Positions 1-6,800 of a DNA stretch of 32,000 bases are shown here, in pieces. Source of the stretch: Candidatus Saccharimonadota bacterium (GTDB taxonomy: Bacteria; Patescibacteriota; Microgenomatia; UBA1406; GWC2-37-13). A program made the translations under genes and the position numbers. The stretch's first letter is position 1, and every line of letters starts with the position of its first letter. The stretch spans positions 450,001-482,000 of the forward strand of contig CP065004.1 of NCBI GenBank assembly GCA_016700135.1, in the 5' to 3' direction. The notes beneath the pieces were generated by a model. It made no database searches and was not told the DNA's origin. It saw nothing but the letters and a program-made list of their open reading frames with translations.

Positions 1-12
1 GTAGGTCATGAG

Positions 13-933
13 GTGTATGAAGAAGAAAAACGGAAGTATGATAATCAATCTTATCAGATAGCCATGAGCTTAAAGAAACTCACAATATTGGAACTTGAAG
101 AATTATTATCTGAATCGTTAGAAAAGGAAAAATATGTTAAATTCACTCTTGATAAACCAGATATGGGAAGATTTGTAACGATTCCTTTTAGTATTTTAGA
201 TGCTAACTCAACTAGGAATCCCAATATAAGTGAAGCTAAGCTAAAAAAACTCATAAAAGATACTTTGGAAGATACAAATTGGAGGCTAATGAGTGATGGG
301 GTACATTATCGTTTAGGATATCTTTCTGGCACGCTTAAAGCATATGAACAGGCGGAAGATTTAATGGAACTTTTAGGAAAACAAGAAAAGAATCCTCCTG
401 AATCAAAAATTGATCCTGAACAACGTGCAAAATACATGAGTCATAATTTAGTACAGCTTGCCAAACTATCAGGAGAAATGGATGGGATACGAGAGACAAG
501 GAAACGAAGATTAGAAAAAGAACCAGATGGTTTTTTTCTTAATGATGGTGGTCAAGGATATACATGTGGTATTTGCTTTGATGCACATGATGGTGAAGAT
601 ATTTGGTGGCGACTAGATGGATTACGATGTAGGGATTGTTGGAGAAATATTCAAGAAGGTGTAATTCCGATATTAAACCTTGACAAAAGAAGATGGGAAA
701 AGGAATTTTTTACAAAAAATGAAATCACTGATAAACTAGGTGTCCATCCATCGACAATCAGAAAGCTACGTCGCGAAGGAGTACTTTATGGGCGTGATCT
801 GAAAAGAGAAAATAGATCAATTTATTACACTATTTATCTTAACAGTGAAAATAAAAGATTCTTGAAGAAATATCCTAAAAAAGATAAGAAGACTAAAAAA
901 ACAATTAGTGGCAAAGACAGTGATCTTATTTAA
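13..933 (+). CDS. hypothetical protein with a CxxC...CxxC zinc-ribbon-like motif and a C-terminal excisionase/MerR-type HTH; possibly 5' truncated by the window edge
   Basis: 306-aa ORF. Motif YTCGIC...LRCRDC. The C-terminal ITDKLGVHPSTIRKLRREGVL looks like an HTH_17-type helix-turn-helix. The ORF starts on GTG and nt 1-12 are open in the same frame. Confidence 0.5.
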   Translation: MYEEEKRKYDNQSYQIAMSLKKLTILELEELLSESLEKEKYVKFTLDKPDMGRFVTIPFSILDANSTRNPNISEAKLKKLIKDTLEDTNWRLMSDGVHYRLGYLSGTLKAYEQAEDLMELLGKQEKNPPESKIDPEQRAKYMSHNLVQLAKLSGEMDGIRETRKRRLEKEPDGFFLNDGGQGYTCGICFDAHDGEDIWWRLDGLRCRDCWRNIQEGVIPILNLDKRRWEKEFFTKNEITDKLGVHPSTIRKLRREGVLYGRDLKRENRSIYYTIYLNSENKRFLKKYPKKDKKTKKTISGKDSDLI

Positions 934-943
934 TTATAAATTT

Positions 944-1417
944 ATGAAAAATAAACCGACAAAGCAACATTATGTACCTCAATGTTACTTGAAGACATTT
1001 GCAACAGCCGAATCGATTAACGATAAAGAACCACTCATATGGATTTTCCCTAAGAATGAACGTAAAGGAAGGTTAGACAAAGTTAAAAATGTCTTGTTTG
1101 CGAAGGATTTATATACCCTCGATGTCGGTGGAAATAAAGATTATTCAATTGAAAAAAGTTTGGGAAATATAGAGGCAGAATATACCACAGTGTATAGAGA
1201 GAAGATTGCCAAAAGACTTCCATTAAGTAACAAGGATCATGCTGTCCTATGCATATTTATAGGAGCTCTTATGCAACGGACACTAAGACATAAAGACTCT
1301 GTCGAAAAATTCCTGAGCGAGGTGATTGAAAAAATGGAGAAAATGGATGAGGCTCATAACGCAAAGAGCAAGATTTTGGAGGACTATAAAAGCTCAAGCA
1401 GAATAGTCACAAATTAG
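944..1417 (+). CDS. DUF4238-family protein, N-terminal part (gene interrupted by a frameshift)
   Basis: The N-terminal KQHYVPQCYLKTF matches the DUF4238 signature (HYVPQ-FYL-F). ATG at 944 is the first Met after the stop of the upstream gene. The frame ends at 1417, and homology continues in another frame. Confidence 0.6.
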   Translation: MKNKPTKQHYVPQCYLKTFATAESINDKEPLIWIFPKNERKGRLDKVKNVLFAKDLYTLDVGGNKDYSIEKSLGNIEAEYTTVYREKIAKRLPLSNKDHAVLCIFIGALMQRTLRHKDSVEKFLSEVIEKMEKMDEAHNAKSKILEDYKSSSRIVTN

Positions 1418-1461
1418 GAATCTTCAATATCCTTCCTGATATAGCTGAAGTTCTTACAAAA

Positions 1462-1869
1462 ATGAATTTAGCATTTATGTGTACGGACAATAAGTCCCCA
1501 GGATATATAACTTGTGATGATCCATGTATCATGTTCAATCCTGAGCTACAATGGCAAAAATTTTATGGATATGGTCTTGCACAAAAATCTATTGAATTAA
1601 GCATCACTATTTCTCCCACCACGATGGCAATATTTAGTTGGCAAAACCTTCGAGGATACATAAAAACAACAGACGCGCGAGTTCAAGAGCACAATAGAAT
1701 GGTTCGACATCATGCCTACAAATATTTTCTTTTAAATGAGCCTAAGACAAAATTCATTTGGTTTAGTAAATATCCACTAAGTTTAATGTTTATGTTTAGA
1801 GTACTAAAGCATAAATTGGGTGAAATGATTTTTAGAATCAAATACCTATGGAAGATGAGAAAATACTAA
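1462..1869 (+). CDS. DUF4238-family protein, C-terminal part (frame open back to 1390)
   Basis: LAFMCTDNKSPGYITCDDPCIMFNP resembles the conserved DUF4238 C-terminal block (f-itSDnPv). Its frame is open from 1390, just after the A4 run at 1388-1391. The two parts together give about 308 aa. Confidence 0.55.
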   Translation: MNLAFMCTDNKSPGYITCDDPCIMFNPELQWQKFYGYGLAQKSIELSITISPTTMAIFSWQNLRGYIKTTDARVQEHNRMVRHHAYKYFLLNEPKTKFIWFSKYPLSLMFMFRVLKHKLGEMIFRIKYLWKMRKY

Positions 1870-2753
1870 AATATGGCGTTCATTTAATGAATGCTGGTAA
1901 TAAAGACGAAGCCGCTAAGGTATTTTCTGTCTTGGCTAATTCAAAGGACGATGAGATGAAAATTCAAGCTTATGATGCTTTACTGTCTATCCTAGATCAA
2001 ATAAAAGACTATAAAGTAATCATGATTTTATGTGATAACGGAATAAAGATTTCTCAAACTCAGAAAAGAATGGACAACCTAGCTTACTTCCAGATAAGAA
2101 AAGCTAGTGCAATGTCTATAAAAATAGGTGGCTGGAAATATACTCGCAAGATGTTTAAGCTCTCGCCAGATTGGTTCGGTTTTTCAACAGAAGAGGAAGA
2201 AAAAAGATATAAAGAATTGGATAAGAAAATAAAAGATATCGAACAACAAGTTGATACTCTTTGTTCAGAATCTTTAAAAAACGCTAAATTGGCTAATAAT
2301 AAAAAACTTCTCGGTATGATCTACCTTTACCGTTCTCCCATTTGGAAGAATAGATATTCTGATCTAAGAGTTGAGCAAATGACCAGAACTATTGGTTTTC
2401 TACCTCATGGTCGATTACGAGACATGATGGAATACAGCAAAGAAGACTTAAGAAAAATTTATCATTATGATCGGGAGGCAGTTTCTGACCTCAAAATTGC
2501 AATAAACATTTTCAAAGAGGTAGGAGATAATGATTCTGTCTCGTATTGTTTGAATAATCTAGTAAATCACTATTTACTTTCCTACCGATATATAGAAGCT
2601 TTTATCACACTGAAAAAATTAGAAAAAAGTATACAGGGTATTAAAGATCAGGAACTACTTAGAAATTTTAAATTATTAAAGAGTAGACTGTTTACTTTAA
2701 ATAAAAATATTCCGAACTATGTCGAAGAGTACAAAGACTATATGGCAGAATAG
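1848..2753 (+). CDS. hypothetical protein, helical/TPR-like repeat character
   Basis: 301-aa ORF that overlaps the DUF4238 3' end by 22 nt (operon-like). The composition is Lys/Leu-rich and helical. I recognise no catalytic motif. Confidence 0.4.
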   Translation: MEDEKILKYGVHLMNAGNKDEAAKVFSVLANSKDDEMKIQAYDALLSILDQIKDYKVIMILCDNGIKISQTQKRMDNLAYFQIRKASAMSIKIGGWKYTRKMFKLSPDWFGFSTEEEEKRYKELDKKIKDIEQQVDTLCSESLKNAKLANNKKLLGMIYLYRSPIWKNRYSDLRVEQMTRTIGFLPHGRLRDMMEYSKEDLRKIYHYDREAVSDLKIAINIFKEVGDNDSVSYCLNNLVNHYLLSYRYIEAFITLKKLEKSIQGIKDQELLRNFKLLKSRLFTLNKNIPNYVEEYKDYMAE

Positions 2754-2773
2754 AGTTAATAAGTGATAGAAAG

Positions 2774-3799
2774 TTAGATCCACTTAAATAGGGAAAATAC
2801 CTCAGTAAATTCAGGATTACTATATTCATTTTCCATACAACCAGCCTCTTGTAACGAATAGACAACATAAGCATAAAACATCATGTCCGCGACAATGGTA
2901 TGTGTAATCCAATCTGAATAAATTAAATCACTCATGGGTATATTATCTCCATGAACTACAGAATTTCTTAATTTATAGAAATCCCAACCCCACCAAGCTG
3001 CAACACTTCTTGTCTTACTTTTTTCATTATTCTTTCCATACTGCCTAGTAGCTTGAATGAAACCAGTTCGGGCTATCGTTTCATCAATTTTGTCAGAGAG
3101 AAATCCAGCTTTATCTCGAACATTAGGAATGTCGAAAATGATTTCAAAGGCCGTTGCCATCATGACTGCCCTAAACAGCGGAGAGATTGACCCGTTTTCC
3201 AGATGTGCCAAACGGAACCACTCACTAGATCGCAACAGTCTATTTTTAAAATCTTCAGATCTTGAAAGAGTAAGGAGTTTGTTAATTGCCTTAAGTACAT
3301 GGACATTCATATTCTTGAAGAATCCACCCGTAGACCAAGGCTCCTGGAAATGAATTTCATCCAACGTCCATCCACCACTCATCGTACTCCCAGACTTAAC
3401 TGCGATATCTTCCGTTCCCGGTATGAAGTTTTGAGAGACCATGTCGAAAATATCACTACTTGGAGGGCCAATACTGCTGTTTTTATTCGCAAGAGCAATC
3501 CTTGATTGCTCACCGATACATAAGAAGCACAGGATATTGCGAGCAAAATTTAATTCTTCATACTCTTCGGCGGTTAATGGCTCAAAGTAGTTCTTATCCC
3601 TATATGAAGCGATACTGATTGTTTTAACTGGTTGTTGATGTTTATCGACGTAACACTTTACGTACTTTTCCAAATATGCTTTGGTATCAGTGTCGCTTAT
3701 AACAGAAGTATCGTATTTCCAGAAAATAGCATTGCCAATCTGAATATCAGTCAGCTCTATCCAAGGGAGCAAAGAGATTTGTTTACAAGGTATATTCAT
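2774..3799 (-). CDS. HEPN-like (Rx4H) domain protein, putative RNase/abortive-infection-type effector
   Basis: 341-aa ORF. The C-terminal region WWGWDFYKLRNSVVHGD contains R278-NSVV-H283 (nt 2951-2968), the HEPN Rx4-6H motif in its usual LRN..(A/V)H context. It lies 6 nt downstream of the HTH gene. Confidence 0.55.
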   Translation of the reverse strand: MNIPCKQISLLPWIELTDIQIGNAIFWKYDTSVISDTDTKAYLEKYVKCYVDKHQQPVKTISIASYRDKNYFEPLTAEEYEELNFARNILCFLCIGEQSRIALANKNSSIGPPSSDIFDMVSQNFIPGTEDIAVKSGSTMSGGWTLDEIHFQEPWSTGGFFKNMNVHVLKAINKLLTLSRSEDFKNRLLRSSEWFRLAHLENGSISPLFRAVMMATAFEIIFDIPNVRDKAGFLSDKIDETIARTGFIQATRQYGKNNEKSKTRSVAAWWGWDFYKLRNSVVHGDNIPMSDLIYSDWITHTIVADMMFYAYVVYSLQEAGCMENEYSNPEFTEVFSLFKWI

Positions 3800-3805
3800 A
3801 TACTA

Positions 3806-4687
3806 TTACTTCATAAATTCGTCGGGCAGTAAACTATCTTTTACCCATTTTCCTTCAAAACGTGCTGAATTTTTTTCAGTTATTCTATCAATGGATCTAT
3901 TACCATTAGCATCTTTCGTTTCTTCAAATCTATCAATACCGAATTGAACTGCTAAAACTTCAGCACCCTTTTTACTGTTAGGGAGATCAAAACTAGCAAG
4001 TTCATTTGCATCAATCCAAACGAAATATTCAATAGAACTATGATTAGGACCGAAGTTCGTAGGGAGCCATGAATCGCCTTGTTTGGATTTAAAGTATAAG
4101 ATAACCCTCCATGCTTTATTTTCTTTAGTAACTGAATGTGCAGCATGTGCTTCAACTCTTAAACCAGGTACTAATGTCTTACTGTATTTTTCTTCCCACC
4201 ATTCTGGGTTCTGTACTTCTAAAAAGGAGCGATTAAAAAATTCAAAAGTAACAATATCACCATCAAAAACTTTTTTTGATTCTATATATTCCTTAATTTT
4301 TCCTATCGCTAATTTGTCCAATTCTTCTTCATTAACGCTGGATGTCGTTTTTTTCAAATAATCTACAAAAAAAGCAAAACCTATGAATTCTTTATCCTTA
4401 ACGGCATATGGTTTACCAATTAGGTGAAAATTCCTTTCAACGGTTTTAAACCCTTCTTCACCCCACCATCTAACGTTATATCCATTAATATTAATAGATT
4501 TAGCATGAGAGACTGTAGTCTTGTGAGTGGACATAAAATTCAAAATATCAGTTTTACGATAGCGTCTATCACCTCTATCGTTTATCTTTACAGCAATCAA
4601 TACTTTTTCACGATCCCATCTACGAAGTGTTTCCGGATGCACATTAATTAGGTCTGCTGCTTCTGTAATAGTTAGTAATTGCTCCAT
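3806..4687 (-). CDS. MerR/excisionase-type HTH protein with an uncharacterised 230-aa C-terminal domain
   Basis: The N-terminus LLTITEAADLINVHPETLRRWDREKVLIAVKINDRGDRRYRKTDILNF is a typical HTH_17/MerR-like DNA-binding domain. It is the first gene of a two-gene minus-strand unit with the HEPN-like ORF. Confidence 0.6.
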   Translation of the reverse strand: MEQLLTITEAADLINVHPETLRRWDREKVLIAVKINDRGDRRYRKTDILNFMSTHKTTVSHAKSININGYNVRWWGEEGFKTVERNFHLIGKPYAVKDKEFIGFAFFVDYLKKTTSSVNEEELDKLAIGKIKEYIESKKVFDGDIVTFEFFNRSFLEVQNPEWWEEKYSKTLVPGLRVEAHAAHSVTKENKAWRVILYFKSKQGDSWLPTNFGPNHSSIEYFVWIDANELASFDLPNSKKGAEVLAVQFGIDRFEETKDANGNRSIDRITEKNSARFEGKWVKDSLLPDEFMK

Positions 4688-4756
4688 ATCTATATTATCT
4701 TATATTTACTTAAACAATATTGCAAGCGCAATTTTATTCAAAATCTTTTTTAAACT

Positions 4757-4795
4757 GTCTCAAATGTCTCATTTGAGCTTAAATATGAGACATTG
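4757..4795. promoter_or_regulatory. nested inverted/direct repeats in the promoter region of the HTH-HEPN operon (candidate operator)
   Basis: TGTCTCA occurs twice (4757-4763, 4766-4772). CTCAAATG at 4759-4766 pairs with CATTTGAG at 4770-4777. AATGTCTCAT at 4763-4772 pairs with ATGAGACATT at 4785-4794. The site is 70-110 nt upstream of the start codon at 4687. Confidence 0.3.
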
Positions 4796-4805
4796 TATAC
4801 TTGAA

Positions 4806-4915
4806 CTATAAGGCTAAACTGGTTCGAATCCGAGTTCCGCCTGAAGTTGAGATTCGAACGCTATAAGGACGATCTGGTTCTAGTCCGACACGCCCAGCAC
4901 TACTAGAAACTTCGT
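4806..4915 (+). repeat. two tandem ~55-nt units, each starting CTATAAGG and each forming a hairpin; unit 1 contains a tRNA T-loop-like GGTTCGAATCC
   Basis: In unit 1, GTTCGAATC (4822-4830) pairs with GATTCGAAC (4850-4858). In unit 2, TTCTAGT pairs with ACTAGAA. Both units share CTATAAGG-N6-CTGGTTC-N-A-N-TCCGA. The repeats sit at the AT-rich island / core boundary. Confidence 0.4.
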
Positions 4916-4953
4916 TTCAGCTCATTTTCAGGTTCCTTCTTATAATTAACCCT

Positions 4954-5349
4954 ATGAACAAAAATACAATCATTATCCTAACAATCGTGGTTCTCGTTAT
5001 TCTTGGAGGAGTCGTATTTCTTACTCCGAAGAACCAACAGTCAAATATAAAGACTCAAACACAACAGACTGAAACTACAAATCAGGCAACCTCTTCGGAC
5101 CAGATTCAGAATGAGTACTCGATCGCCGATGTCCGGGCACATGGTACTGAATCAAGTTGCTGGAGTGCCGTTAACGGCAAAGTATATGATCTTACAAACT
5201 GGATTAATCAGCATCCAGGCGGACCGGAAAAAATTACTCAGATCTGCGGGATAGACGGATCTCAAGGATTCAACGGCCAACATGGCGGACAATCAGAACC
5301 CGAAAGCATGCTAAAAGAATTTTATATAGGGAATCTTCAAGGATCGTAA
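4954..5349 (+). CDS. membrane-anchored cytochrome b5-like heme-binding domain protein
   Basis: N-terminal TM helix. CWSAVNGKVYDLTNWINQHPGGPEKI...GFNGQHG matches the cytochrome b5-like fold with its HPGG motif. Confidence 0.7.
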   Translation: MNKNTIIILTIVVLVILGGVVFLTPKNQQSNIKTQTQQTETTNQATSSDQIQNEYSIADVRAHGTESSCWSAVNGKVYDLTNWINQHPGGPEKITQICGIDGSQGFNGQHGGQSEPESMLKEFYIGNLQGS

Positions 5350-5391
5350 ACAGTATTTAGTACGGGTAAAAATCAGTGCTATAATGAAAGT

Positions 5392-5880
5392 ATGTTTAAA
5401 AAGGTTCTGATAGGTACCACTGTATTACTCCTTTTTACCATAGTCGCGGAAGCTGTATATCTGTTTGTTTTTAAAACGAAAGCAACGACAGAGACTGCAA
5501 CGGTTGCAAAAACGGCTTCGGACGTATCTACCGCATCTACCCCTTCTTCTTCCCGTGAAACGGAGCAGGATACACTGAAAGTGAATAAGATACTCGGAAT
5601 TTACTTGTCATCAGCAAGCCCGATGTTTGCAGCAGGGGAAATCAGGACTACACTGCAGGGATACCTTGTTAAACAACCGCAACTTGAACAGGAATCCATA
5701 ACTTTTGAGATGAATACAATGAGCACCGGTAATGAGAATAGTACAATCAAAGCTTATTTCGAAAATACAAAGTTTGTAGATGAAAACGGGAAACCGATTG
5801 ATTATCATACTATTAAGCAAGGCGATCAAATGTCTGTCGTTTACATTTACAATTACAAAGGCTCTAGACTAGCACATTAA
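5392..5880 (+). CDS. hypothetical membrane-anchored protein
   Basis: 162-aa ORF with an N-terminal hydrophobic helix and a Thr/Ser-rich linker. No family recognised. Its last 17 nt overlap the reading frame of the IS transposase remnant. Confidence 0.45.
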   Translation: MFKKVLIGTTVLLLFTIVAEAVYLFVFKTKATTETATVAKTASDVSTASTPSSSRETEQDTLKVNKILGIYLSSASPMFAAGEIRTTLQGYLVKQPQLEQESITFEMNTMSTGNENSTIKAYFENTKFVDENGKPIDYHTIKQGDQMSVVYIYNYKGSRLAH

Positions 5881-6526
5881 CAATTTGTAATAGTTCATTG
5901 TAAAGGATCGATGGGGATTTGCTCCATCTCCATTCACACTCTTTCAAGTGTAATGGAAAGTTTTTCTTTACACCATTGAACTTAACGAGACGTCTTTACA
6001 AAAGGACCAGAATGACTCTATGCCATTGATATGGACCCCTTTGTATTTGAGAACTCATTTTTCTTGTGATTGATTCTCAAATGTTTGTCATACCCGACAT
6101 CAACAAGTCCGTTGTATCCGCTCCACGAATCTGAATATACAGTACTGTTCAAGTCAATCTTTCCTTCATAACAGCATGTAGCGTTCTTCTTTTACAGTTT
6201 GGAATGATACGAGTAAATACACGTCCTTGACGCTCATATATCCCAAATACTACCTGCTTAAATGACGTCCCACGACCTCTTTTATTTGACTTGCCTCTCA
6301 TCCTTCGAGGTCCAAAGTATGATTCATCAATTTCTATCTCACCACCAACATATCGTTGCATCTGGTGCACTTGGTGATGATATATGAGTTGACGAATATT
6401 ATTGTAATATTTGTTGACTGTATTGCGGTTGAGACCCAAAATACCAGAGGTCTGTGTAGCACTCAGATCGTGTGCAAAACACCATAGTATCTTTTTCTCT
6501 TGTATTTTGATATCGGCCTATTGTTA
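5864..6526 (-). pseudogene. IS1595-family (IS1016/ISXO2-like) transposase, degraded
   Basis: The minus-strand translation falls in three frames. (1) ...IQEKKILWCFAHDLSATQTSGILGLNRNTVNKYYNNIRQLI...GGEIEIDESYFGPRRMRGKSNKRGRGTSFKQVVFGIYERQGRV...KERLT*. (2) IDLNSTVYSDSWSGYNGLVDVGYDKHLRINHKKNEF...HINGIESFWSF. (3) RRLVKFNGVKKNFPLHLKECEWRWS. These are all conserved IS1595-type blocks. There are frameshifts near 6150 and near 6000, and no Met start. Confidence 0.75.
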
Positions 6527-6576
6527 CAAACCATACCTCTAGTTTAGCACTACTCTGCTAGTTACAATTACAAATT
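5864..6576 (-). mobile_element. decayed IS1595-family insertion sequence (approximate bounds)
   Basis: Transposase remnant plus a 10-bp inverted repeat, AATTTGTAAT (5882-5891) / ATTACAAATT (6567-6576). The IR is short and AT-rich, so the boundaries are tentative. Confidence 0.45.
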
Positions 6577-6612
6577 AGATCAATATTTTACCGAGATTGT
6601 AGTCAATCCCGT

Positions 6613-6792
6613 ATGAAAAAAGTATTTAAGAAGCCGGCCATCCGTTCAAAAAAAGTACAGGTGAACTTTTTCCAGTCATCTCGTGTCATCGACGGCGAAA
6701 TGCTGCTGTCACATGCACTTCTTGCCCAGTCCGGATGCGGATACACCATTTGTCAATGCACGCAATGCAATTGTACCGGCGTCTGTATCTAA
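6613..6792 (+). CDS. 59-aa Cys-rich putative RiPP precursor peptide (absent from the ORF track because it is under 60 aa)
   Basis: My translation is MKKVFKKPAIRSKKVQVNFFQSSRVIDGEMLLSHALLAQSGCGYTICQCTQCNCTGVCI*. It has a basic Cys-free leader-like N-terminus and six Cys in the last 18 residues. The stop is 8 nt before the radical SAM start on the same strand. Confidence 0.6.
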   Translation: MKKVFKKPAIRSKKVQVNFFQSSRVIDGEMLLSHALLAQSGCGYTICQCTQCNCTGVCI

Positions 6793-6800
6793 CATAAAGT

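Noticed and set aside
4815-4845. GGTTCGAATCC followed by GAGTTCCGCC looked like the T-arm and acceptor 3' strand of a tRNA or tmRNA gene.
   Set aside because: The would-be T-stem halves (ACTGG / CCGAG) do not pair. I could find no complementary 5' acceptor strand (GGCGGAA) or D/anticodon arms upstream on either strand. It is at best a tRNA 3' fragment or mimic, so it is reported only as a repeat/hairpin.
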